Positions 50,461 to 63,421 of a DNA stretch of 64,000 bases are shown here, piece by piece. The first letter of the stretch is position 1. Each line of letters begins with the position of its first letter. The notes beneath the pieces were generated by a model. It was given only the letters and a program-made list of their open reading frames with translations. It made no database searches and was not told the origin of the DNA. A program made the translations under genes and the position numbers. The DNA comes from Phoronis australis (lineage: Eukaryota > Animalia > Phoronida). The stretch covers positions 1,572,814-1,636,813 of the forward strand of contig NMRA01000018.1 of NCBI GenBank assembly GCA_002633005.1. Direction: 5' to 3'.

Positions 50461-50636
50461 CCGAGAAGAAAGACTACCCGAATAAACCGTGGTACCCTTG
50501 GTACTGGCTCTGGAGCAGTTACCCTATTGAGTGTCGTGTGGCAAAGTGCAAATGTGACTTGGCGTCGGCTGAATGCTTTGCCTTAAATCCTGTAAATGAT
50601 AAATATCATAATTACGATTTGAAGAACTGTAATTGA
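50461..50636 (+). CDS. sPLA2 copy 2 exon 5 (C-terminal)
   Basis: (T)EKKDYPNKPWYPWYWLWSSYPIECRVAKCKCDLASAECFALNPVNDKYHNYDLKNCN*; spliced CDS 618 nt = 205 aa, with 14 Cys in the mature chain. Confidence 0.95.
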
Positions 50637-50674
50637 ACGTCAAAAGATTGTTGCACGTGTGAATAACCGTGAAT

Positions 50675-50688
50675 AATAAACAATAAAA
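50675..50688 (+). terminator. Polyadenylation signals of sPLA2 copy 2
   Basis: Two AATAAA hexamers about 40-50 nt after the stop, followed by a T/GT-rich tract. Confidence 0.6.
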
Positions 50689-50893
50689 ATGTTGTTTTAT
50701 GTTTCTGCTCATGCTTGCAAAAATTCTTTGAGTTAGTATATTATAAAGTAGTTGCTGGATGTAAGAGGAATATTGTCAAAATATTATAAAGAAGTGGTTT
50801 TTTACGCTGAACTAACTTTGTTTTTCTTTTTCCATGAATTTGTTTTACAATGCGTAGGAGTTGAGGAAACGCCACAGTTGACTCCAACTTCAG

Positions 50894-51294
50894 GGCCCGG
50901 TCTCCAATCTTTTTACTCAAAATGGAACTCGAAATTAGGTTTGGCATTTTCTACTCTACTTTTGGGCGAACTCAAGATAAGTGTCTATTATTCTATGCTC
51001 GAGTACACAATAACTTACGTAGATAATTTATTGCCCTTAGTTCACAGTTTGTAAACCCAATGTTAAAGCAATAAGTTCGAGTTTGAACTCGAAATTTCGA
51101 GTTTTTACTCGAGTTTGTAGCACGAATATAAGGGTCTTCAAGGGCAAACTTGAACTAGAAACTCCTATGCATAAACTATAATGTATTCGAGCACAGTCTG
51201 ATAACCAATTATCCTACGTTCGCACAAAAGGAGCAGAGAAATTGCCAAAAATAGTTTCGAGTTCGTTTCGAGTACAAAGATTAGAGACCGGGCC
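50894..51294. mobile_element. PIF/Harbinger-like MITE
   Basis: TIR GGCCCGGTCTC(C/T)AATCTTT; CAG on both sides (CWG-type TSD). Confidence 0.75.
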
Positions 51295-51715
51295 CAGAAA
51301 ACAAAAGAGTTTGAGATGTAGTAAATAACCCAACCAGTTGTGTAGCTTCAGCTTTCTAATCAACGATTTTTAATATAAAGAAGAGAACTGTTTCTATGCT
51401 TTCTATCGAGGAAATTGGGATCAATTTGAACCAAAACGCAGTGGTTGAAGGAGAAGTATTAGCTCAGTGGGGCATGCGAAACTGTAAGTGGGCCAGCTGA
51501 ACTGAGGCTGAAGGAAGATGCCTGGCTGGCTATTCTGATCTGCACTTAGAGTCAACTGTAGCACGTATTCTAATTTCTGAGTCTTTAAAAAGAAAATATG
51601 GGATTGTTGGAAACCATTTTCCGGCATTCAGGTTTCAGAGTAATGTTTATAACAAATGTGACTATGTATTGTACAAAATTACAGCTACAATTGTGTGCGA
51701 ACAGCAAACATGCTC

Positions 51716-51946
51716 AAACAGGAGGCAGTGTGGCCTGGATGATAAGTGCCCGCTTTCTTTACTCGAGGTCGTGGGTTCAAGTCCCACCAGGTCACACTTC
51801 TAAACCCTTGAGCCCCAGCTCGGCTTTAACCATATATTAATAAAGCATAAAATAATTCAAGGTGATCAGTGCAATGAGCCCACATGCGAGGCCTGCGCAC
51901 GCCTGGTACAACCTGTGTCAGACCGCCTGCAATTATTTCTTTAAAT
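51716..51946 (+). mobile_element. Apparently full-length tRNA-derived SINE
   Basis: A box gtggcctggatg, B box gggttcaagtccc; 10-bp TSD aaacatgctc; empty paralogous site at ~16380. Confidence 0.85.
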
Positions 51947-54294
51947 AAACATGCTCTATATACCCTGAAGCCTATTTGTGCCTACCGCGCCCCACAACTT
52001 CTACTGCGGATTTTTTGTTCACGATATTGAACCCAGGTGGCATGTAGACTCCACAAAGCTGAGTATTTCATCAAACTTTCACTAGATTTATCGAACCTTG
52101 GCCTGGGGTCTAATATTTGCTATCGCATTCAAACTAGAATTATTTAATATACTCCTTTCTACTCACTACAAGTGTCTGCAATCCTGCTTTCATTTACGTA
52201 ATACCTTACGTGGACGAGTGTCTAATCCTAGTTCGCAATTGACGACCTCAACATGGAAGTTACAATTTCTTCCCCAAAGTCCATTTTTCAACATTTTTCT
52301 CGAGATCCCGAGCATTCACGCGAGTCTAACTGTAGCTTGTAAGTGTGGGGGTCACTTAAACCCGAACTTGGACAATAAGCTCATTCACGTAAATCATAAT
52401 ATACTCGAGCGTACAATAATGCACGATCGTCTTGAACAGAAAATCGGAAAAAAACGATTCCTAGTTTATATTTGAACACAAAGAAAAGACCCAGGCCTAG
52501 TGAATGCTACTCGCGTTACGCGTTCAGGTTATAAAAATTGGGTAGATGTGAAGGCAAAACGCTAGAAAAAACTGCCACTAGTTCAGTTATACTCAATGGA
52601 AACACACGCCAAATTTCATTAAGTTCGGTGAAGGAACTTCTATGGAGCCACCGCCCAAAAATAGAGTTGCCTCAAGAAGACACCACAGCAGTTCAAATAA
52701 CGCTCTCAACTATGCCCTTCAAAGAGTGAACACATGCAAGTTCGAGAATGATTTAGCTGGCAGACGTAAACAACCAGACTAAAAAGCAATAAAAACAAAA
52801 CCAAGGTGGCGTAGAATACGCCAAATGTATCCGAAAATGAAATAGGGGTGTCATCTCATACATGGATATGAATATAAAATTGATAGGGAGGGAAAAATTA
52901 AATTTGCTCGAAGGGGAGTGGTAATTGGACCCGCCCTAGAGTCATAGATCTTTAGTGTAAATTCCCTAGAAATACATTGGCCAAATTTAAGGCTATATTA
53001 AACCTTATCCAATGGGCTAAATTCCAAATCCAATATCAAAAACCTGGCTTTGTCAACTAGCAAAGATGTATTTTTTGTGAAAGAAAAAAGATCTAGGATT
53101 ATCAAAACTTATTTTATTTCCATGTCTCATTATGATTATTTCTTTAACACCTTTTAAGTCAAAATTTCATTTTTAAGAAAGGTACTTCCATAACAAAATA
53201 ACCCCTTGAACCATTTTTTAAGGAAAACTTCCCCAGTTACCTTAAAAACGCTGCCTTTATATCAAAAATCCTAACGGCATTTTTCGAGATACATGAATAA
53301 ATATTACGATTGGAAAGTTTCAACGAAATCCACATGGTTGTTTTCGAGAATTCGTGTTCCTAATTTCATATTAAGTCGATTTACCGAAGCCGAACTAAAG
53401 CCACTTAAGTTGGGATACGTGTAAATTTCAAAATCTTCGCCGGGGTAATTATTCGGTGAAAACTTGATTTCTGTCAATATAACCTTTACATGTTTTATAA
53501 ATGTTCGTTTTTTCAACATTGACCTGCAATGTCAATGGAATTTGCAGTGAGTAATTAACTTAATTATAACTAAAACGCTTTCATTTTGTTCGTGGGGTTT
53601 CCTGTGACCTAGGTCAGAAGGCGGAGTCAACAGTAAGTAGGTCAACAGCTCATTGTATAAACACGACGCACCGGGGAGAATAACTCAAGAACTCATTCTC
53701 ACGAAAGACGTCGCTCTAGAAGGTTGGCGACTAGTCTTTCACATATGGCTCATCACATTTACAAAATACTGCGAAAAACGGGTGATGAGGCTGGATCTCG
53801 CGAGATTATATCTGTTCGTATCCGCGCCAAATAAACCGCAGAAAAACGTTTCGTCATTACTGTAATTTGAATGAGTTTTTTAGCAGTTAGGACTAAGTTC
53901 TTAAAAATTGTAATTATAATCCTTGTAGATGAGAAGATCCGTTTTTGTCGACTCGTTTATGTATCAAAAGAAAGACTTATCTCCCTTGTCATGCATACTC
54001 GGGGAATTCCCTGTCAATGGAATCCCCGAGTACAATCGCGACGAATGCGGACGATATTGGAGTACCTGTAGTATTAATTGAAGCAATTTTAAAGCGAAAA
54101 ACATCATTGAAACGGTTTAGTTATCACTTAGTGAACATAAAAGGGTTCACTGTGCGATTAAAATAAAACTAGCAGAAGAAGCACAGTTGACAGGTCAACT
54201 AATTGTGCTTTTGACGTTCTCACACTGAACTGCAATTTGTTTGCTTATTAGCCCTGTAGTTACCAAACTTTAGTAGATCTTTGCCGTGCACTAA

Positions 54295-54575
54295 CCGTGG
54301 TAGATCTAGGATACCATAAGGGTGGGCCCAACATACTGCCTCCGAGAATTGGGCAAAGCGTGATTGTATGTACAGCCACCCCGAAAGTTGCAGGGCCGGC
54401 GATGTAACCTGGTGTTCCCCCCAAAAATAAAACAGCAACTCGACTCCGCCGCGCTCCGGGGCCTCCTGTTCCTTGTTGGTGAACTCCACATTTTTCACGC
54501 TGTTGCTGTTTAATTTTGCTTGCATCAGCCAGGGGAGGCGGGTCCCCTGCCCCCCCTCCCTTAAATCCGCCTATA
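54295..54575. mobile_element. hAT-like MITE; a related copy follows at 54676-54988
   Basis: Ends ccgtggtagatctagg / taaatccgcctata; TSD actaa. Confidence 0.7.
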
Positions 54576-55865
54576 ACTAATTAAAATACCAGAACAGCAA
54601 TTTTTTGCGAGACATTAGTGATGTTGATACTGATGATGATGAAGAAACTAGTGGTGACGTTTTGTAGTACTGCTCCAGTGACGGATCAGGGACCAGAAAG
54701 GGGGTCCCCAACATGTTGCCTCGGGGAATTGGGCAGAGAGCGGTTGTATGTGTACAGGCTTCCCGAAAGTTGTGGGGGCCAGGAGAATGAAGCTTCTGTT
54801 CAGGAAATCTATCGACTAAAAAAATTTTAAATCTAAAAAACCGGAACTAGAGCCCTCCACGAACTGGGGACTGAGTCCCCCCACCCTTCTCCAGTACCGG
54901 TCTTAGTTATATTTCCTCACGCGTCGCGCTGTTGCAGTTTCATTTTGCTTGCGGCAGCCCCTACTCCCACCCCCTAAATCCACCTATAGTATATGTTCCA
55001 ATTAGTGATACAAGTAGTGTATGCTAACCCTGAGGCTCTGGCATCAACAAGTGATGGTGTGAAACGCTTGCAAACTAAGGAATTAGCTTACAAAACAAGG
55101 AATTAACTTGCAACGTGGCAATTGTGGTAATCAACGAAGGACACATTGTATAAGAATGGTGAGTTTAATGCAGACAAAAAATACTTTCAATAACATCTAT
55201 TCGTATCACAACAGGTTTCACAGCCCCAATTTTTATGCCTTTTCAAATACCCAGAATTTCCAAATCTGAGCCTGGAAGTTTTACGGAAATCTGGGAAAGC
55301 TGCCAAAAAATAATCAAAAACCTAAATTTATTCAATGCGGATGCACTAAATAAAGATGTCTCCCAAGAGACACGACAACCTGGAATTAACAAGGAACCCA
55401 GCAGCCCTTTTAGGTCACCCTAAAGTACAAAAAATGGGACAGAGTCAGAAATCCACATCATTAAAATAAGATTTTCATGGGTGATTTCACTGTCAAAATT
55501 GCCCTTTGATTTTTGATTTTTGATTGAGTAACACCATCAGTGATAGTGTTATCAAAGCAACAAATGTGCAGAGAACATCATGTAGGCATGCATTCTTAAT
55601 CTTAACTATATGTAGGAAATCCAAAATTTATAACATTTTAAATGTTTATGTAAAAGTAATCCTGTATTATACATTGACGTTAGATGCTAAAGACACAATT
55701 GTAACGTTTCATTATCTCCGTCGTTAAACCATTTATTTTTTCCAAAACATATGTGGCTCAAGTTCCCTTGGTATGTATCAGTCTAATCAATAAAAAGATT
55801 ATTCTTTGATCAAAACCCTTAAGCAAATTAAGCACTGAGATTATTCAGTGGCTAACTCACTATGC

Positions 55866-55866
<1 letters not shown>

Positions 55867-55920
<54 letters not shown>
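55867..55920. repeat. (CA)n microsatellite
   Basis: About 27 AC units. Confidence 0.99.
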
Positions 55921-55923
<3 letters not shown>

Positions 55924-57902
55924 TTATTTCTTGTGAAAAATACACTCGTAGCTTACATATCAGAAAGTCCGTCAAGATTTTTAAATAGAAAGCATTATGT
56001 CATGACTCTTTAACCACACGGGTACTGCAACTATTATCTGCTTCAGAGTCATTAACTACCTTTCGTCACTGACATTTTAAAGCTGGTGTAAACTACCACA
56101 CCATCACTAAAGATCAAAAACTAAACAATAAATTGTCACCACTTTTACAACCTTTTTTCTTAAAGCAGATCCTCTTATATACAAGAACAGCCATCCATCA
56201 GTTTTACACACTGAATTTCAAAAATTGATTACGCAAAAATTCTGTAGATTGGGACAGTGAATAATTATTTTGATCAAAGTCGGAGCTTGTCCCAATTTTT
56301 CAGAAATTCACACAATTGTCTGTCAAAAATTCAAGGGGAATGGTAACAATTTATTAAATGTTTGTCATGAGAGTCACTTTTTATGAACTTACAGGAGTAT
56401 TCTTGCAACCTGTTATGCTACAACATAGCATTAGGAATTTGAAAAAGTACGAAAATATACAAATCACTCACGCCTCAAACTTCAGGATGAAATCAGCCAT
56501 GATTTCTGTGTTCTGAATTTAGGAGGCTGTCTCAATCTGGAGAACTTTTAATGTAATGTATCACCGATCTAATTGCTATCATCAACTATGTAACCTTTGC
56601 TAAAACTTTATGTTAAAAACAATTATAAGCTATAAATGTGAGCCATCTGAAAAATGTTCAAACGTACACCATTGCCCGCATGATGACGAATACACGCAGC
56701 AAACAATAGCCTCTGTACGGCACAGATTTGAGGGTTTTGGGCAAACATCTACATGTATCCCATACATTATGGCTACAGGGAAGTCATTCTTAGTCACAGC
56801 AATATGAAGTGAATGACACACAGAAGTGGTGGCCCATGTGAACGATTTTCCTCTTGTTTCACAATTTTCCAAAGAAGCGGCTTGTCATCCAGGTCCCTCA
56901 TGGGAAATCTAAGCACACTTTTTTCTTGCAAAGATCATCCAAAGATGTACTGAATACCTATGGTCAACTAACTCGGACTCAAAATTTAACAATCTCTTTG
57001 CTCCTGTTGGCGTCTTATAAACAGATGGCGAATCAATTAGTACATGTTTCTGTCGATCTTCAGACTGAGCAATGAGAATGCTGACATCCATTCTTGCGGA
57101 TTTCTACAGCTGTGTGAGTTTTGAACAAAACGGAATGCATGAGCTGCAGATATACACAGGCCTAGTGTCCAGCAAATCATTGTTGAATTGAATGTAAACG
57201 AGGTCAAAAAAATCAAAGTATCTCTGCTTTAATGCAGCTTTTTAACTTTGTGTGCGTGGGAGTCAGAATATAAGACTTTGCCACATAATATGCATGTCTT
57301 TGACTTTGCCTTTTTCAGTGGAGTATTACAGTTTACCATCTCAAATCAAATATACGTAAATAGCAAAGGCTTTCAATTTATTACTAGCATGACTGATGTG
57401 CCCCCTAAAATTTTCTGTGTTCAAGTGAGTTGACTTACGGGTGTAAAATTTTAAGCAAGCTAATCAATTTTAGTACTGCAGAAGGGAAATATGTTTAATT
57501 AACCTTTTGCAGAAATTCTATAGTTACTGCTCGGATATAATAGTCCCTGACATGGATAACAAGTTTCATTCACTGACAGTAACATACGCCGGTATGCCTC
57601 ACACTGGCGGGCGCGGTAAAAATAGGTAGGCGCGCAGTGTAAAACTGGGCAGTTGACGATGTGGGCAACTGAACGAAGGACTGATTGTAGAAAAAGTTAC
57701 ATTAAAGGAGTATTTGTTTGAGTTGGAAGAAATTAAAGACATCAATGGGTACCTAAGGTGTCCCTCTATGAGCAAGAGGTACTTAAACAACACGACTTTG
57801 ATGTTTTAATCAGTGTGAGGCATAAGTCACCGAAAATCTATCAATGTATGAAACTCTCAGAGGCGCTTCACTGTCTCTACTGGGGCCAGCTAGAGACGGT
57901 GG

Positions 57903-57985
57903 TCACTATCTAATCCACTGAATAACATTCCTGTTATTCAGTGGATTAGATAGTGAATAACTGAATAACAGGAATGTTATTCAGT
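57903..57985. repeat. Perfect 24-bp-stem hairpin plus an inverted copy of its core
   Basis: tcactatctaatccactgaataac-attcct-gttattcagtggattagatagtga, then actgaataac-aggaat-gttattcagt. Confidence 0.9.
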
Positions 57986-59649
57986 TGTTACATACATCAA
58001 CTTTTTTCGACCATGCCCTTGTCTTGTCGTTCATTTCCCATTTTTCCCTAGTGTAAAGAGACCAACAACACATGTATTCGCCAGGTCAAGTCTAGACATT
58101 TGCTGTCACTGTCTGTGTTCTATCTGGCTAACACTAACAGCCTGATTCCGTGAGGTATAACAAGTAAACCTGCACTGAAGTTATTACAATATATTGATAG
58201 CGTCATTATCAAAACCAGGGAACATTATATCCGACTTGTTTCCAAAGTAGTTAGGTGTGATAAGACTGAACTCTGAAGTCGAAGTCCAAGCGGCCACAGT
58301 CATAGTGATGTGTCGAAAATCACCAATTTATGTTCAATTCAGACCCCTTTTAACTCACTTTTTAAGCAAGTACCACCGTGCAGGCGTACATGGCTGGTTC
58401 AGGTTAGATTCCCGGTTCGGACATTGATCTGAGTAGGCATTTACAACAGTTGTTCAGTAACACTTACATTGATTCAAAAACGCGATAGGTCTACTGCCTA
58501 AACCAGAAATCGCGAGCCACCATGTTTACAAAAGCGCCGTCTAGCGAGCAAAATGATAGAAGTGAACTACTTTCGCGCAGGCAAATGTACTCCATATGAG
58601 TAAGATAATATACGCAGTGTTGGCTTACGTAGTAAATGCTCAAGAACTAGCAAAGCATGAACAATAGAAATCAAGTCGCTGATTGAAGGACACCCTGAGG
58701 ACGAGATCGAAACCGCAAAATGTCAAACTACCGACCAAATTATTGAACTTTGAGCAGGATTTATCTTTTTTAACAACTTGTTGTGTTCGACTAAGTCACA
58801 GAGTCGTGCGACTACTCGTTGCATTTGTTCTCAACGTTTGTATGCATGCAGAAGCACAACTCCCCCAGGATCAAAACTACGTTTTGTCTTCGTTTTCCCC
58901 GTCATCTTTCTATCATATGTACACTTCCTTGACGATGACTCAGTGTTATGCTTACTGGCTGCATGAAAGGCCCGATATTACATACCGAGCTGCTTTACGC
59001 CTGGCGAGAGATTCGATTTGAGTGACACCCTTGTAACCTTTGACCTCGGGCAAGTAGTATGAAAATTTCCACGCGGTTGTGCGGTTCCGATGTGCTTCTG
59101 GTAAGTTTTTCTTTCTCGCAACACGGTATATATTTCGTATTTGAAGTTCCCCGAGAATGAAGATAATGTACTTATGTGAAATATTGTAAAGACAATCAGT
59201 TTCTGTGAATAAGGTTTGAGATATCCTTAAGGAAGTTCATGCAAGTCGTTCATGAGATGCACCCTCGGCCACTAGAAGGGGACACAGTTGCCGGAGACAT
59301 CAAACACTATCATTACGTCCTCTTCTTAGTAGGAACACACACATGTTCTCATAATAATCCTCAATGCAGTTTGGCCAACACTGAGAAAGATGGATGCCAC
59401 GTAGTTGAGGAGCCAGCAACACGGAGGATTCTATTAAACTTTGTTTTTCTGTTTGTCCCTAGGTCATGCCTTGTGGCTACATTCTCAGGGATCGGAAAAT
59501 TTGCCATCTCCTGTCTTAGGATTGGTGTTGGCATACACTTCTAAACTAATCTCGACCAGTTATCGTACTGTTGACCGAAGTCTCAGCTCCACGACGTGCT
59601 CACGTGCCACCAGGCAAAATTGTGTCACTTATGACTCGCTCCTGGTAAG

Positions 59650-59700
59650 TCATCATCATCATAATCATCGTCGTCGTCGTCATCATCATCATCATCACTA
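59650..59700. repeat. (CAT/CGT)n trinucleotide repeat
   Basis: Read directly. Confidence 0.9.
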
Positions 59701-61186
59701 TTACTCTCGTTGTTGTTATTACTTGGCGAGATTTTATCATGAATTATGTTGCTGTGACATCTTTTTTGATAGTTCGCAAACTACAGGTTGCATTTTTCGT
59801 TTGATTCTCACTAAATGCACACACATACTCTAGCTCCGGAATAGCTCGAAGCCTATTGTTTTTCGTCGTGATCGGATTCACAATCTTATGGCGCCATTTT
59901 GTTTTTGACTTCAGATTCAAATGCTCATAGAGGCTGAACTTGTTCTTGTACACGACTGAAAATCTGTACGATTGTATGTATGTACATGTAGCGTACATCA
60001 TTAACTTCCGGTAACAGAAATATCGCTCATTGCGTCAGGGCACCTCGATTTCAGGAGGTAAACGTTTTGTACTGTTCAGGACGTATTGAAGAACCAATTG
60101 CTTCGAAATTTTCATGTTTTAGTTTCGTGTGAGTAGCTATTATCATGTGCTGCGTAACCGGAAGTTGTTTTAGAATGTCGTATCTGACGCATTTTCATTA
60201 CTTTTCAATCGTTCCAGGGTTTTGTTTTGAACAGGAAAAGAAAATAACGTGAATTTTGCACGTGGATTCTTCAAGGTATGCCTTTACAGTGAACGCTGGC
60301 TATTTTTCACACACTTACCATTTTTTTAGCTGTCTGACTTTCAATTTAAATAATGCAAAATTTGAAACTTTTCGAAAATTTAGTGAATGGGCTGATTTAA
60401 GCATCACATTTCTACAGGATTTGAACCCTCAATGACATGCCATTGGTGGGGGTGAGTAAACATGCACGCTACTTTATGGCGCCTAATTTAATCTGTGGGA
60501 CGGAATTTGACTTAAATATTATCAAAATTGTACAGAATGTGTCAGCTCATTAAGAGTTTCTTACATAAATGATTCATTGAGTCTCAACATTTCGTTAATG
60601 TTTTAAAGCCATTTACCACTGAAGACTGTGTCCTGGATTCGCCGAAAACATGACCTTTAGTATTTTTGGGCTAAATTCCCCTAAAATAAATTTTGAGTTT
60701 TGCTGTTTTATAGTAATATTAGCTTTTGCACGGGTAGCGGCTAGTATAAGGGAAATGCCGAGGGAAGAGTTACACCTTCAAGTCAACATTTACTGTTGTT
60801 CATCGCAAGAGACTGGAATAACTGTAACCATTTTTACCCTATCTGGAGAGCCACTGTTTCCGGAACTTGCTCCTCGCAAAACATGTACAAGTATACGTAC
60901 CTCACGACCTCGTCATTTCAATTTGAGTAGATAAACAGGCTTCAATAACTATGTTATATCGCCTAATAAGTAAAACGACTGGTCGTTTGTTGTTTTAGTT
61001 TTTGTGGGATGAAATCGTTTGTCCTGTTTTTGTTGGGTTGCGGTGTATGTTGTGTTGGTTTGATGACGTTGTTGGATGCATACAATAGTCAAGCCTCAGG
61101 GACTGTTATCTTGATACCTATCACGTGCTACCAGAGTACCGGGTCATATATTTACCTCGCGATGTTCCGCTTGGCTATTTCCAGCA

Positions 61187-61286
61187 ATGTCCGCCTCTCT
61201 GTTTGTGACGCTCCTTGGGTCTTTCTGTTATTTTGCCTTCCAGCCTGCGATATGTTCACAACTAGCAAGATATCAGGATGTATACG
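61187..61286 (+). CDS. sPLA2 copy 3 exon 1 (signal peptide)
   Basis: MSASLFVTLLGSFCYFAFQPAICSQLARYQDVY, gtaagg donor; paralogous to 452-587 and 31065-31167. Confidence 0.8.
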
Positions 61287-62771
61287 GTAAGGTTCCTTTC
61301 TTTTCACAACTCCGTGGTTGTTTGCGCGACTAAAAGCATTTTATTTGCAATCTGAGAAAGCATTTGCAATTTTAGAAACTAAAAGCGACGAGCGCACAAG
61401 AAAATGAAAAGGAGAGAAAATTTCATGTACATCCTATTTGTACCAACCTGCATGCCGCCTACTTATGATCTCAGAAAACTGAAGATACTGTAAATCAAAG
61501 TTATTTGAAGGAGAATTTAAAAATTTTCTGCTCATGCGTAAGGAGTAGTGGACCTTATAGTACAGTCAGAGCCAAACACGTCCATTAGAACCACAAATCG
61601 TTAAATTTTGGCACCGGGACAGCTTTTAAAATTACTATAACCATCATTCGGTAGATATGCTGTAAAACATAGAGTAGGTCGGGGCTAGCTCGACTCCAAT
61701 TTAGGAAATGGAAATTTCTCACAAAATCTCTCAGCTTCACTCTTGAAAATTATTTGGAAATTCAGGAATTTTCAGCTTCTTTTTGATTTCGTAATGCAAT
61801 TACGCAAATGGAATTTTGGCCAAGACGGACAAGTCTGGCCTCGGGCACTACTGACTTCGGCCACAGATTTTCGTAATGAAATGCCATTAGTAGTTTCACG
61901 ATAACACGTCTTGACTTTCACTTTCATTACATGTGATTGGTGTCTTTGCGCACCAGATGCCACATGCGTACTCGAGTGTGCGCGTGTTCCCGTGAATTTT
62001 GGAAAATGTATTGAAATTTTTGAAAATGGCAATTTTCGCGAACAGTTAAACATAATAGTATAACTGTAACCTTTGAAACACCGAAAACGACAATTTTTAT
62101 GTCAAAGTACCCAAGTACGTGTTCAAATACGGCCGGAACAAAAATGCATAAATAGCCCCTGCCAGGGTTGAAAGGCGTCTCCTTGTAGGCTCTGAATATT
62201 GTATCGTTTTGATGCACGTTGTTCTTCCTAATGATATATTTCAGCGACACGTAAGACATCTTGCAAGGGCATTGTTAAAGTAGTCCAGGGAGTGCAATAC
62301 GGAAAACAACATAACGTGGCCGTTTTTGCACTCGACTTATTCAATTGAAGCAAAAATATGCTACGAAGTGAGACTTTGACCTTCTGCTTTCAAATCGGAT
62401 AATTATATTCAAATCTCTACTATTTTGAACTTACAGTGACCGTAAAATATTAGTTTATCTAGTTTTCATAAGTGGCGCCAACGCTGTAGGCCTATATTGT
62501 TCTTTTTTTTCTAGATATGGTAATTTTCCGAGAATACCCCTGAGGACAAACTATATCTGGTCTCACCTAACTGTATTGATGTCGATTTGTATATAGGTTT
62601 TCTGTTGTATTCGATATCACGAATTGTTTGTGTGGAAAAATAGCATAATGACCTCAGTGAGAATTAGGTAAATGTCTGTCACTTTTTACTTAATATTTGC
62701 ACGTCAAGTAGGCCTTTAATCACGTTCACTCTCAGTTTATAGCGTGACTAACCAATTGATTACGTTTTCAG

Positions 62772-62822
62772 GTGCTGACGAGGATAGTTATGGTGACACT
62801 GCCTCAATGTTTGATTTACGAG
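62772..62822 (+). CDS. sPLA2 copy 3 exon 2 (propeptide); gene presumably continues beyond the window
   Basis: ttttcag / gtaag, encodes (G)ADEDSYGDTASMFDLR. Whether the copy is intact cannot be judged here. Confidence 0.8.
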
Positions 62823-63421
62823 GTAAGACGGTGTAGCTTGTGTAATTTGAGTTACCTAATAATCACCAAAGAGCTTAGTAAACTTATACTTGTAACAACA
62901 ACAGTTTTGGTGACTTTTTTGTAAAACAAGTAATATGGTCCCATCAGTGCCATTGTATTGAACAATATTACACTGACATTACATGTTTTACTATTGTAAA
63001 TTAATTGTAAACAGTGAATTTTTAAAAATGTAAAGAGACACCTAGTGGCAAAAATGCAAACTAAGTCTGAATGTTACAAGGAAGTTATCCTGGCATTGTC
63101 TGGCAACAAAAATAACACAAAACACTTGAGACTGGGCAAAATTTGTGCCTCAATGACTAAAACATTGACTAATGGTGTAAAATACAGCTTGTTTGCATAA
63201 TACACCAGAAATACGTTATAGTACAAAAACATATAGTTGAATGATCACTGTGAATGTGCACACAGAGTGTATGAAAATAATAGATTTTTCTGACAGCGTT
63301 TATCAAGCAGTATGAGACAAATACATGACAATTATCAAAGTATGTACTTTCTATGACTTAATCAACAAATAAAATTAACTTTTTAATACAAAAAAACAAA
63401 ATAACGGGGTTGGATGTCTAT

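Noticed and set aside
59059-59105. Possible first exon (ATG...gtaag) with a CAVPMC THAP-like string
   Set aside because: The motif is out of frame with the ATG and too short, and no downstream exons were identified.
59441-59833. His-rich protein ORF
   Set aside because: The poly-His/Arg stretch comes from a (CAT/CGT)n microsatellite; no domain or splice support.
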